The notes under the pieces: generated by a model
The model's database searches: none
Told to the model about the DNA's origin: nothing
Seen by the model: the letters and a program-made list of their open reading frames with translations, nothing else
Translations under genes and position numbers: made by a program
From: Leidyana gryllorum EB-2025a
Taxonomy: Eukaryota > Protista > Apicomplexa
Assembly: GCA_048772705.1 (NCBI GenBank)
Contig: JBLWGC010000117.1
Location: forward strand, 1-31,263
Length of the DNA: 31,263 nt
Reading direction: 5' to 3'
In this document: positions 9,400-19,060 of the stretch, in pieces
Layout: every line of letters starts with the position of its first letter
Numbering within the stretch: position 1 is the stretch's first letter

Positions 9400-9454
9400 C
9401 GCAGGTGGTTTCGCTTAAGATTCTCTGCTTCGGTTCTCGCTGAAAGTTGCGAGC

Positions 9455-9526
9455 TACAGCCACCGAGGATCGAACTCGGGACTTCTGCGTGCGAAGCAGA
9501 CGTCGTAACCACTAGACCATTGCTGC
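9455..9526 (-). pseudogene. Val-body tRNA with CGC anticodon
   Basis: Val body; loop TT CGC AC; acceptor mismatch. Confidence 0.65.
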
Positions 9527-9588
9527 ACGGATGGTCCCCGCAGCCCAAGACATGGCGAAGTTTCAGGGAGTAGTGAGGACCAGTTCCA

Positions 9589-9660
9589 AGGTCGCGCCGC
9601 GAATCGAACCCAGGTCGGGAGATTCAGAGTCTCCAGTGCTAACCACTACAGGACGCAACC
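9589..9660 (-). tRNA. tRNA-Gln(CTG) variant
   Basis: GGAGA CT CTG AA TCTCC anticodon arm. Confidence 0.65.
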
Positions 9661-9855
9661 GGCTCAGCCCATCCCAGAAGAGTCTGTTGAATTTTCCGTA
9701 CTAGCGCTTCCTCAACTGGACACACGCAACACGGGTCTCTCTACTGACCTCTGAAATGTTTTAAGTGGCTCCTGTATATAGCGCCCAGCGTAGGCGTTGG
9801 ATTTGGGTGGGACAGAAAGCTCACTTAAATCCTTGCGCTTTTTCTCAAATGCAAC

Positions 9856-9937
9856 CGACAAGGTTGAGATTCGAACTCACGCGGGTGAAACCCAACGGCT
9901 TAGCAGGCCGCCGCCTTAACCACTCGGCCACCTAGCC
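9856..9937 (-). tRNA. tRNA-Ser(GCT) variant
   Basis: Type II; two stem mismatches. Confidence 0.72.
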
Positions 9938-10092
9938 GAGAGTGGGAACGGGCTACGCCTTCCATCAGGAATCCCGTGCGAATTGGTAGTGCCCCTTCTC
10001 GGTGGAGGAACGTCGGAGTGGTCGGTTCATACCAATCATAAGGCTTTGCTAAACACCCTTCGGCTAGTGACTGTTCACCTCAACTGTGAAGC

Positions 10093-10166
10093 GGTCGCGT
10101 GTTTCAGGCGGCCAGAGCGTGAGCCTAATAAGTTCTGAGTCGGCGGTTGGAGCCCGGGCGTGACCA
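10093..10166 (+). pseudogene. tRNA-Ile(AAT) degenerate
   Basis: Acceptor intact; arms eroded. Confidence 0.65.
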
Positions 10167-10220
10167 AGTGAGTGCATCTCTGATACAGCTTCGCCCTGTA
10201 CCCGAGGAAGGCCCAAGATT

Positions 10221-10378
10221 CAACGATCAATACGAATGGAATTTGTTATTAAGTCCGAGCTTCGTTGCCGCCCCCAGTCCGTCGGTAGAGCGCAAGACTC
10301 AACGATCAATACGAATGGAATTTGTTATTAAGTCCGAGCTTCGTTGCCGCCCCCAGTCCGTCGGTAGAGCGCAAGACT
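10221..10378 (+). repeat. 79-bp perfect tandem duplication
   Basis: 10221-10299 repeated at 10300-10378. Confidence 0.9.
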
Positions 10379-10674
10379 TTTGATGGGAGACCGCAGGTTC
10401 GGGCAGCGCGAGAAGTCCGAGTCGAGCTTGCTGAGCCGTATGTGACGGCACTGGGCGCAAGATGCCCAGTTGGACAGGTGGCAAGTTGCCCGAGTGGTTA
10501 TGGGGTAGACTCTGCCGACTGAGCTACTACACCCACTTGCAACGTTCTTCCAAGCGAGGGAGAATGATACCTTAAGGTCAAACAGCCTCCTGGTCGGCCT
10601 GCCCGGCTAGGGCACTCATAGGTGTCAAATGCTGAAGTACTCGGCGGTCGCGTTCGGCTGTCATTGGGTTGATT

Positions 10675-10748
10675 TGCTCCCCGGGGGGATCGAACCCTCG
10701 ACCTTCGGCACATAAGGCCGATGCTCTAACCAGCTGAGCTGGGGGAGC
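10675..10748 (-). tRNA. tRNA-Ile(TAT), U8C variant
   Basis: One difference from 428-501. Confidence 0.8.
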
Positions 10749-10892
10749 GATCACCGCCGTGCCACCGCGTAACTTACATTCGATCTTATCTCAGGGGGTT
10801 GTTACATCCAGTGTCAGAATGCCCCGGCCTCGTGCCGACCAAGGTTGTCAGCGTCTCTGTTAATTTGCCACGGCGGTTTGAGGCGTGCCTCC

Positions 10893-10963
10893 TGCGTCTG
10901 TCGGGAATCGAACCTGGGTCGTCTCGGTGGCAACGACACATTCTACCACTAGACCACAGATGC
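10893..10963 (-). tRNA. tRNA-Gly(GCC) variant
   Basis: Gly body with several substitutions. Confidence 0.65.
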
Positions 10964-11059
10964 ACGACCCGTTGTTGTATGAGCTCGTGCACAATAACGG
11001 CGGTTTTGCTTCAGAAGAGAAGACAGAATCGAGTTGAGCGAGTATGGCGGGTAGTTTGT

Positions 11060-11131
11060 GGGTACGTAGGTCAGTGGTAGAGCAGCTGACTGCAGATCAG
11101 CAAGTCCGTGGTTCAACTCCGCGGGTGCCCT
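11060..11131 (+). tRNA. tRNA-Cys(GCA)
   Basis: GCTGA CT GCA GA TCAGC arm; U73; two mismatches. Confidence 0.75.
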
Positions 11132-11199
11132 GAAGATGGTTTGGAACGATCGAAGATGTTGGACCACAAGGCAATGAGTCTGGAGCGGGGGATGATTTT

Positions 11200-11255
11200 G
11201 GGCCTATGGCGGAACGTAGCGCGTCTGACTCCAGCTTAGAAAATTGGGTGCTGTC
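11200..11255 (+). pseudogene. tRNA-Trp 5' remnant
   Basis: GGGCCTATGGCGG...TCTGACTCCAG, then loss of homology. Confidence 0.6.
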
Positions 11256-11340
11256 CGCCAGTGTCTATATGGCTTTGAGGTTTAATTTCAGCCCTGCGGG
11301 ATCCAGCATCCGGGTCGGTGCCATCTGTCGTCGTAGAAGT

Positions 11341-11414
11341 GGTCGCGTAGCTCAGTCGGTTAGAGCGTGAGCCTAATAAGCTCAAGGTCCCCGGCTCGAG
11401 CCCGGGCGTGACCA
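11341..11414 (+). tRNA. tRNA-Ile(AAT)
   Basis: TGAGC CT AAT AA GCTCA arm; T loop starts with C. Confidence 0.85.
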
Positions 11415-11645
11415 AGTGAGTAAATCTCTGATAAAGAGTCGCCATGGACTCGAGCCCCAACATTCTGCGACCAATACGGAAGGAACTTGTTACCAGGTCC
11501 GCACTTCCCTGCCGCGCCAGCTCCGTCGGTAAAGCGCAAGACTTTCAATGGAGAGACCGCAGGTTCGGGCAGCGCGACCAGTCCGAGTCAAGCTTGCTGA
11601 ACCGTATACGTAGCCACTGTATGCGGCATACCGAGTTGGACAGTT

Positions 11646-11727
11646 GGCAACTTGCCCGAGTGGTTAAGGGGGTAGACTCGAAATCTACTGGGCCTGGCCC
11701 GCGCTGGTTCAAATCCAAGAGTTGTCG
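11646..11727 (+). tRNA. tRNA-Ser(CGA)
   Basis: Same as 8769-8850. Confidence 0.75.
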
Positions 11728-11790
11728 TGTGATGTGATCGAAGGTATGAGGCATGAAACATTGGCAAAATCAACCATGGATTATCTCCTC

Positions 11791-11861
11791 TGCATCTGCC
11801 GGGAATCGAACCCGGGTCGTCTCGATGGCAACGAGACATTCTACCACTAGACCACAGATGC
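11791..11861 (-). tRNA. tRNA-Gly(GCC)
   Basis: Identical to 8924-8994. Confidence 0.93.
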
Positions 11862-11948
11862 GTAATAACTTGTTGCGCTAGTCGCTCGGTGTGCAGACGC
11901 CACAGCATTTCGTGATTCTTCATAGCATAGTTGCACCACCATCCGTTC

Positions 11949-12015
11949 GGCTGTTTGGTCTAGTATGTTCCTTCCTTGGGTGGAAGGAGTCTGGGCTCGA
12001 TTCCCAGAACAGCAC
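11949..12015 (+). pseudogene. tRNA-Pro(TGG) with deletions
   Basis: D-loop deletion. Confidence 0.65.
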
Positions 12016-12164
12016 GTCTTACAATTGTTGTCTCACTCCGCGTCTCTCCAAGGTCGGCTAAGATATGCGGCTCTTACCCCGTACAATCCCGCATGAAGTC
12101 TAGACAGCTGAGACAAAATCTGATTTGCATCAGTTGTGAGGGGCTAAAACCCGACCACTCGCCC

Positions 12165-12237
12165 AGACGCTACTGGGACTCGAGCCCACAATCCCCAGTT
12201 CCGTTGACCGACGCCACATCCATTGGGCCATACCGCC
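12165..12237 (-). pseudogene. tRNA-Arg(ACG) degenerate
   Basis: Multiple substitutions versus 7182. Confidence 0.65.
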
Positions 12238-12324
12238 GATCAACGGGGGCGTCAAATGAGAGTGTGTTGGGATCAAGCGTTCTCGATCCGGCAAGAGTTC
12301 CCATCCGAGAATCCAGAGACATAC

Positions 12325-12396
12325 TGTCCGAGCCAGGAATCGAGCCTGGGTTTGCACGGCCACAACGTGCTGTCCTAACCACTAGACGATTCGGAC
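12325..12396 (-). tRNA. tRNA-His(GTG)
   Basis: GCACG TT GTG GC CGTGC arm; one acceptor mismatch. Confidence 0.82.
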
Positions 12397-12595
12397 AATC
12401 TTCAGGTGTGGGGCCACTCCTCGCCACATGACGGAATCGACAGTTGCTAACTTGCCCGAGTGAGGAACTAGTGCAGATCCAGCAGTTGTCGTGGGATATG
12501 ATTGGAGGGGTCAGACACCAACTTACGCATGAATCCTGTGGTTGAGCTGATGCTATTTCCAGCATCAAACCCTCATATGGATCGACACAGGGGAA

Positions 12596-12667
12596 GCCTT
12601 CTTAGCTTAGAGGCAGAGCGTTCGCTTAGTAAGCGAAAGGTCGCCGAGTCGATTCCGGCAGAAGGCT
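12596..12667 (+). tRNA. tRNA-Thr(AGT), T-arm variant
   Basis: TT AGT AA loop; B box altered (AGTCGA). Confidence 0.65.
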
Positions 12668-12681
12668 TTGATGCATCAAGA

Positions 12682-12754
12682 GGGCTGTTCTGGGAATCGA
12701 ACACAGTACCTCTCGCATGCTAAGCGAGCGCTCTACCATTTGAGCTAGTCGCCC
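12682..12754 (-). pseudogene. Chimeric Ala(AGC)(5')/Pro(3') tRNA
   Basis: Ala up to the T arm, then Pro GTTCGATTCCCAGAACAGCCC. Confidence 0.8.
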
Positions 12755-12869
12755 ATTCAGCAAATCTCAGTACATCCAGTTCTTTTCACATGGTATGACC
12801 AATCTCCCAACTGCATCGATCACTTTCACCAGTTTGTGCTCCACTTTGCACGAACGAAGGCACGCAGGA

Positions 12870-12942
12870 AACGACTGGAGGGACTCGAACCCTCAACCTT
12901 TGCCTTAGGAGGGCAACGCGCTATCCATTGCGCCACAACCGC
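12870..12942 (-). tRNA. tRNA-Arg(CCT)
   Basis: GCGGTTGTGGCGCAATGGATAGCGCG TTGCC CT CCT AA GGCAA; intact. Confidence 0.92.
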
Positions 12943-13042
12943 ATTCGGCACGCATCCGACTTTTGACTGGGACGAACGCGGGCTGCCCCGAGGTGTCTCC
13001 TGTTTCACCCAACCAGTATCCAGATGACCGAAGCCTATCCAT

Positions 13043-13115
13043 GGTGCGGTGGCCTAATGGATAGGGCATCGGTCTTCGGAACCGGGAGTTGTGGGTTCGA
13101 GTCCCATCCGCATCA
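13043..13115 (+). tRNA. tRNA-Arg(TCG)
   Basis: GGTGCGG...CT TCG GA...GGTTCGAGTC...CCGCATCA. Confidence 0.9.
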
Positions 13116-13410
13116 TAGCCTCTCACTCGGAAGACGTTCGCAAGCTTGCTAGCTGTATGGGGAGCCACTGCCGCGCATGTCGAGTTGAAGTGCTAGTGAT
13201 ATGATTTTCCTTCGCTTGTGGGAGTGTTCGATTCGATTCCCGAGCAGTCTGTTTTTGAGTATGTTGCAGACAGCTCAACGCAGAAAACGCCCGAGTCTCT
13301 CGGGGTGCTGCAGCTCTTACGAAATTGCACTTGTGGTCTAAGGGTAAGTTACGACCTTGGAAGGGTCCAAGAGAACAAGGGCCGTTGAGAGTGTACACCG
13401 TCGCACAACC

Positions 13411-13483
13411 CGGTCCTGGCAGGTTTCGAACCTGCGACTTTGTGGTTAACAGCCACACGCTCTGCCGACTGAGCTACAAGACC
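13411..13483 (-). tRNA. tRNA-Asn(GTT)
   Basis: Identical to 7604-7676. Confidence 0.93.
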
Positions 13484-13634
13484 CAGTTACAATGTCCTTC
13501 CACCCGAGGAAGAATCATCCACTAGACCGAACAGCTCCCGTTACGGCACTGAGAGGTGGGAGAACTGTCCCGCATCTCAACAGCCAGCGTTTCCGCTTCC
13601 TTCATCATGTCCGCGAGTGAGATGTCAGAATCTA

Positions 13635-13706
13635 TGATGCGGATGGGACTCGAACCCACCACTCCCGTTCCGCAGCCAGATGCCCCATCCATTAGGCCAC
13701 CGCACC
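13635..13706 (-). pseudogene. Arg(TCG)-body gene, loop reads GCG, 1-nt deletion
   Basis: Inverted homologue of 13043-13115. Confidence 0.7.
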
Positions 13707-14171
13707 ATGGACAGGCTGCGCTGAGTTCGATTCCCAGAACCAGCCCGTTTTGCTCTCGATCGACCCGACACTCCACCTTTTTTAAGACGGTACAGCTCTC
13801 CACCGAGGCTCCACTTCCCGGATCTTGTCCACTACAGTCTAAGTGGCCAGGTATGCGGCTCTCACCCGCACGCTTCAAGTTCGAGTAGGTCAATGCGATC
13901 CCAGTGAATTACTCCAGCATCGCCTTCTGCCCACCGGACCGCCGGACTGGAGCAGGCGTCACTGGAACTCGAGCACAGAACCCCCACTTCGGTAAAACGA
14001 TACCATATCCATCAGGCCATGGTGCCGGTCGGCAGGGGGAGTAAGCTGAGGTACCTGGGAGAAATAACACCCAAGCTTGCGGTGGGATAGAAACGAACCG
14101 CAAGAAATCCGATGCCACAACCATCCACAATGCGGGCGGAGGATCGCAACCATGTTTAGGCTGATGACTGA

Positions 14172-14243
14172 AGCCTCCTGTCGGAATCGAACCAGCGACT
14201 TTTCGCTTATAAAGCGAATGCTCTACCCCTAAGCTAAGGAGAC
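14172..14243 (-). tRNA. Thr-body tRNA with TAT anticodon
   Basis: TTCGC TT TAT AA GCGAA; fully paired acceptor GTCTCCT/AGGAGGC. Confidence 0.7.
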
Positions 14244-14307
14244 ATTCCCTGTCTCGACCCATATGAGTTTTTCATGCTGGGAATTGCATTAGTTCCACCA
14301 CATCGCA

Positions 14308-14389
14308 CGACAACTGCTGGATTTGAACCAAAGCGGGCCAGGCCCAGTAGATTTCTAGTCTACCCCCTGAAGCACTCGGGCAAGTTGCC
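14308..14389 (-). tRNA. tRNA-Ser(AGA) variant
   Basis: D-loop and T-stem substitutions. Confidence 0.6.
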
Positions 14390-14671
14390 GCTGTCGAGCT
14401 TGGCATTTTGCAGCCAGTGGCTTCACATACGGTTCAGCACTGCTCGCGCCGCCACGAACCCGCGTTCTCCCATCAAACGTCTTGCGCGCCACCGACGGAG
14501 TTGGGGCGGCAAGGAAGCTCGCCCTGTACCTGGGAAGGCCCAAGATCAATACAAATGGAATTGGTTACTAAGTCCAAATCTGTATCAGAGATCCACTCAC
14601 TTGATCACGCCGACATTCCATATTTTCCAAGACGGTACGGCTCTCGGCCGAAGCCCCAACTCAACCACTCG

Positions 14672-14744
14672 TCCACTGTAGTCTAAGTGGCTAGGATATG
14701 CGGCTTTCACCCGCATGATCCGGGTTCAAGTCCCGGCAGTGGAA
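14672..14744 (+). tRNA. tRNA-Glu(TTC)
   Basis: Intact; CT TTC AC loop. Confidence 0.92.
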
Positions 14745-14820
14745 GTCATTGGACCATTCGAGCAAAGTGCTCCAGTAACCTCCGTCAATAGTGACTGACT
14801 CGTGATCTTTGGCTTGCATT

Positions 14821-14892
14821 GCCTTCTTAGCTTAGAGGCAGAGCATTCGCTTACTAAGCGAAAGGTCGCCGGTTCGATTCCGGCAGAAGGCT
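14821..14892 (+). tRNA. Thr-body tRNA with ACT anticodon
   Basis: Otherwise perfect Thr cloverleaf; loop TT ACT AA. Confidence 0.75.
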
Positions 14893-14941
14893 TTGGTCAC
14901 GACCCAATCAATTCTATAGCTGTTTCCCTTCTGCGCAGAGT

Positions 14942-15013
14942 TAGCAGTGCGTCGTTTCGATCGACGGACCTTTGCGTTATGAGCCTAACACTCTTCCACT
15001 GAGCTACACTGCT
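14942..15013 (-). tRNA. Initiator tRNA-Met(CAT) variant
   Basis: A1:U72; ATCGAAA T loop; anticodon stem mismatches. Confidence 0.7.
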
Positions 15014-15154
15014 CAGTCTGCAACATGGAAGAGGTAGCCGAAATGTGATCCTCGAGATGTTAGTTGCCCTGACTGCCCTACCGAAGCGGGCTAACGAGGT
15101 GGCTGTGTTGGTTCTGAGGGCAACATGTCCGGTCAAGTCAAACGACGACCAATA

Positions 15155-15224
15155 GGGCTGTTCTGGAATCGAACCCAGGACTCCTTCCACTCTGAGGAAG
15201 GATTATACCAGCAGAGCAACAGCC
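15155..15224 (-). pseudogene. tRNA-Pro degenerate
   Basis: Pro body, eroded. Confidence 0.6.
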
Positions 15225-15311
15225 GAATACTTGGGTGCATGCAACCGGATATACAAATGGAGATTCGAATCTACTGTGACCTTTTCCAGCTTTTTTTGGG
15301 ATGATCGCCGT

Positions 15312-15395
15312 TACACAGAATGGGATTCGAACCCATGCAGACTTGCGCCTACCAGAACTTGAGTCTGGCCCCTTAGACCACTCGGGCATCTGTGC
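15312..15395 (-). tRNA. tRNA-Leu(CAA), intronless
   Basis: GCACAGATGCCCGAGTGGTCTAAGGGG CCAGA CT CAA GT TCTGG; long variable arm; intact. Confidence 0.92.
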
Positions 15396-15491
15396 ATTAC
15401 TTTCCTTCTGAGTTCCAAAGTGTTAATGGCTTCCGTTGCGACCGCCGATGTCGTTCTGGCTGCGGTGTGCCGCCCCGAAGTACTCTCACGG

Positions 15492-15569
15492 CCCGGGGTG
15501 CTTAGATGGTAACGTATCTGACTGTAGTGGTGGCTCAGATATTCCACGAGTAAATTCCGTCCCACCCGA
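15492..15569 (+). pseudogene. tRNA-Tyr degenerate
   Basis: ATCTGACTGTAGTGGTGGCTCAGAT...TTCCGTCCCACC matches the Tyr copies. Confidence 0.6.
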
Positions 15570-15670
15570 GGTTGAGGAGTGGACTTCTTGCAACGCAGTT
15601 CATCTGACGCTCCTGTTCCATCCCATCCTGATAGATGCTTCGCTACCTCTACAGCCTCGCTCAAAGATTT

Positions 15671-15742
15671 GTCCGAGTCGTCTAGTGGTTAGGACAGCAC
15701 GTTGTGGCCGTGCAAACCCAGGCTCGATTCCTGGCTCGGACA
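15671..15742 (+). tRNA. tRNA-His(GTG)
   Basis: Fully paired cloverleaf; no encoded G-1. Confidence 0.9.
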
Positions 15743-15835
15743 ACCAATCTAAAGTGCATTGCAATTCCCCTCCAAACCTCTCAGATCCTTATCGAGACTG
15801 AGAGACCACTCAGAAAAGCTCAAGTGCGTGAGCAA

Positions 15836-15906
15836 AGCCTTCTGCCGGAATCGAACCGGCGACCTTTCGCTTACAAAGCGAATGCTCTGCCACCAGCTAA
15901 GAAGGC
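15836..15906 (-). tRNA. tRNA-Thr(TGT)
   Basis: TT TGT AA loop; D loop 1 nt short. Confidence 0.8.
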
Positions 15907-16007
15907 AATGTTAACGGAAGTTACTGAAGCTCATTGTTCCACCGGTCGAACGGATCCAGGGCTCCACCCAACCGCAAATAGGGTGTAACTCAGTTTAGAG
16001 CTTCGTT

Positions 16008-16080
16008 GCCGCCCTAGCTCAGTCCGTAGAGCGCAAGACTTTCAATCTTGCAGTCGCGGGTTCGAGCCCCGCGGGCGGTG
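16008..16080 (+). tRNA. Lys-body tRNA with TTC anticodon
   Basis: CAAGA CT TTC AA TCTTG; D-loop GG changed to CG. Confidence 0.7.
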
Positions 16081-16128
16081 CAAATAATGTCTCTGGAAGC
16101 CGTTACCTACAACCACACTCTGCTGGAT

Positions 16129-16201
16129 TTCCACTCCCGGGACTTGAACCCGGATCGTGCGGGTGGAAGCCGCATATCCTAGCCACTTAGACTACAGTGG
16201 A
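16129..16201 (-). pseudogene. Glu-body tRNA with TCC anticodon
   Basis: Loop CT TCC AC; acceptor mismatch. Confidence 0.65.
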
Positions 16202-16505
16202 CGAGTGGTTGATATGGGGCTTCGGCCGAGAGCCGTACCGTCTTGGAAGAAATGGTATGTCGGCCTGATCAAGTGAGTGGATCTCTGATACAGATTCGGA
16301 CTTTGTAACCAATTCCATTTGTATTGATCGTGGAATCTTGGGCCTTCGCCGGGCCTTCGCCGGGTACAGGGCGAGCTTCCTTGCCGCCCCAACTCCGTCG
16401 GTGGAGCGCAAGACTTTTGATGGGAGAACCGCGGGTTCGGGGGGGGCGCGAGCAGTGCTGAACCGTATGCGAAGCCACTGGCTGCAAAATGCCAAGTTCG
16501 ACAGC

Positions 16506-16587
16506 GGCAACTTGCCCGAGTGGTTAAGGGGGTAGACTAGAAATCTACTGGGCCGGGCCCGCGCTGGTTCAAATCCAGCAGTTGTCG
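16506..16587 (+). tRNA. tRNA-Ser(AGA)
   Basis: Intact type II cloverleaf. Confidence 0.92.
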
Positions 16588-16662
16588 TGCGATGTGGTTG
16601 GAGGGCTAAACACCAACTCCCGCATGAATTTCTGGATGGTGGAAAAACAACCATGTGTCCTC

Positions 16663-16733
16663 TGCATCTGCCGGGAATCGAACCCGGGTCGTCTCGATGG
16701 CAACGAGACATTCTACCACTAGACCACAGATGC
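16663..16733 (-). tRNA. tRNA-Gly(GCC)
   Basis: Intact. Confidence 0.93.
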
Positions 16734-16906
16734 GTGACACCTTGTTGTTGAAGCTCGTACACGGTAACGGCCGTTTTCTGAACGAATGGAATGTCCGTGG
16801 CGTGTTCAGAGCGTCCGAGATAGCATAGTGGTTACTATTTTCGCATGTCACGCCTAAGAAGCGGGCCCGATTGCCGGTAAATGAGTCTGGAACGGGGGAT
16901 GGTTTT

Positions 16907-16978
16907 GGGCCTATGGCGCAACGGTAGCGCGTCTGACTCCAGATCAGAAGGTTGGGTGTTCGAATCACTCTGGGCTCA
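16907..16978 (+). tRNA. tRNA-Trp(CCA)
   Basis: GGGCCTATGGCGCAACGGTAGCGCG TCTGA CT CCA GA TCAGA; intact. Confidence 0.93.
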
Positions 16979-17014
16979 ATCGGGCTCTATGTTTTTCCCG
17001 TTTGGGGCGCAACC

Positions 17015-17094
17015 TGACAAAAGTGGGATTCGAACCCACGACCTTTCGGACTCCGGTCTGAGCACAGCGCCTCAGACCACTTGGTCATCTTGCC
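17015..17094 (-). pseudogene. tRNA-Leu(CAG) degenerate
   Basis: Multiple stem mismatches. Confidence 0.6.
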
Positions 17095-17188
17095 GGGATG
17101 TTGTTGGCTCGAAGCTCCACGCGTTTTCTATCCCTGGAATCTCAAGATGGAAGGACTTTTGGGGTTTCAGGCCGGTGTGTTCGGAGCG

Positions 17189-17260
17189 TCCAAGATAGTA
17201 TAGTGGTTAGTATTTCCGCCTGTCACGCGGAAGACCCGGGTTCGATTCCCGGTCTCGGCG
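17189..17260 (+). tRNA. tRNA-Asp(GTC), acceptor variant
   Basis: Arms intact; two acceptor mismatches. Confidence 0.7.
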
Positions 17261-17315
17261 CACAGTTGGTTTCGCTTGAGATTGTCTTTTTTGGTGCTTG
17301 CTGAAAGTTTCGAGC

Positions 17316-17388
17316 TAGAGCCACCGAGGATCGAACTCCGGACCTTCTGCGTGTTGACCAGACGTCGTAACCACGACACCATGGGTGC
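17316..17388 (-). pseudogene. tRNA-Val(AAC) degenerate
   Basis: Homologous to 8216-8288. Confidence 0.65.
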
Positions 17389-17587
17389 ACGAAAGCTTTC
17401 CGCAGACCAAGAGGAGTTGCGAAATTTCAAGAAGTAGTGAGCACTAGTTGCGAGGTCGTGTCGGGGATCAAATCCAGGTGTGGAGATTCAAAATCTCCAC
17501 AGCTAACCACTGTGCCGTAGGGGGGCAGGCTGAATAGGCCTGGTCTGGTGGTATGATTCTTCCTCGGGTGGAAGAACATTGTAATTG

Positions 17588-17660
17588 GGTCTTGTAGCTC
17601 AGTCGGCAGAGCGTGTGGCTGTTAACCACAAAGTCGCAGGTTCGAAACCTGCCAGGACCG
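17588..17660 (+). tRNA. tRNA-Asn(GTT)
   Basis: Intact. Confidence 0.93.
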
Positions 17661-17847
17661 GGTTATGCGGCACCGTACTCTCTAGACGGCACTTGTGCTC
17701 TTGGAACCCCTTTCCAAGGTCGTAGACTTAGCCGAATGCGATTCTCTAGATGTTAGTTGCCGTGACTGCCCTACCGAGGTGGGCTAACGAGGTGGCTGTG
17801 TTGGTTCTGAGGGCAACTTGTCCCGTCGGGTTAACCGACGACCACGA

Positions 17848-17919
17848 GGGCTGTTCTGGGAATCGAACCCAGGACTTCTTCCACCCAAAGGAAGAATCAT
17901 ACCACTAGACCAAACAGCC
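17848..17919 (-). tRNA. tRNA-Pro(TGG)
   Basis: Intact; TT TGG GT loop. Confidence 0.93.
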
Positions 17920-18178
17920 GAATGGGAAGGGGGATACAACCGGCTACGTACAGCCGTAAACTCGAAGTGATGGCTAATTCCGTCCTGAAATGAGTACCGT
18001 TGCGCAGAATGGGACCCGCACCATGCAGACTTGCGCCTACCAGTATGTGGCAAGATGCCCTAGTGGGTAAGGCGCTATTTTCAGACGCCACTCACATGGT
18101 CGTGAGTATCTTTCTCCCGCCTTGAAAGGGCACTGACTACCCGCAGAAACCCCAGACTACTTGTCTCGACGCTGCATT

Positions 18179-18259
18179 GCGAGAATGCCCGAGAGGTTAA
18201 GGGGGTGGCCTTAAGATCCACTGGTTAATTCCGCGTGGGTTCGAACCCCACTTCTCGCA
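18179..18259 (+). tRNA. tRNA-Leu(TAA)
   Basis: GCGAGAATGCCCGAGAGGTTAAGGGG GTGGC CT TAA GA TCCAC...GGTTCGAAC. Confidence 0.85.
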
Positions 18260-18553
18260 TAAGGAGGCAAGTGTCGGGGGAGGGAATGGAACGGTCGACT
18301 GCCTGCCGCACCCGCCGCAGTCAGATGCTGTACCAAGTGAGCGAAGGCCTGTCGTGTGACCCTTGGACATCGAGGGTTGCTCCCGAACCGCACCTTTTGA
18401 GTGAGCACCAAACGAAGTCTAAAGCGGAACGAGCTCGAACCCAGGTCTTCCGCGTGACGCGCGAAAATACCAAGGACTCCGGTCGACCTGCCCAATGACT
18501 TGCATGACTCCACCCTGAGGCAAATAGAGTGTAACTTAGTTTAGAGTTTCCTT

Positions 18554-18626
18554 GTCGTCCTAGCTCAGTCGGTGGAGCGCGAGCCTCTTAATCTTGCAGT
18601 CGCAGAGTGAAGTCCCGTGGGCGGTG
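18554..18626 (+). pseudogene. tRNA-Lys(CTT) degenerate
   Basis: T arm lost. Confidence 0.6.
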
Positions 18627-18978
18627 CGGACGAGTGGGCCGGGGAGTAAGAATGTAGTATGTTGCCTACAAGCACACCCAGCTGCATTTGCGCTGCCGAG
18701 ACTCGAACCGGGATGGTGCGGGTTGGCGCCGCATATACTATCCAACGAGACTATAGTGGACAAGTCACCAAAGTTGCACTGACGAATGAGGCGCCAGAGA
18801 ACTGTGAGTCGATCTCAGGTGGGAAGTTCACCTAGGTTTGGCGGGTGGGCGGCTATCTCAAGTGGTAGAGCGGTGACTTTGCACGCGAGAGGTCAGTTTA
18901 GACACCTATCAATGCCGCAGGACGGGCTGAACATGGGGGTATTTGGTCACTCCTCGCGGCATGTCGAATTCGACAGTT

Positions 18979-19060
18979 GGCAACTTCCCCGAGTGGATAA
19001 GGGGGTAGACTTGAAATCTACTGGGTCTGGCCCGCGCTGGTTCGAATCCAGCAGTTGTCG
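18979..19060 (+). tRNA. tRNA-Ser(TGA)
   Basis: CT TGA AA loop; type II. Confidence 0.8.

Noticed and set aside
18179-18259. Nonsense suppressor tRNAs (loops containing TAA or TGA)
   Set aside because: Anticodons TAA (Leu) and TGA (Ser, 18979) read UUA and UCA codons. No TTA, CTA or TCA anticodon was found in a folded tRNA.
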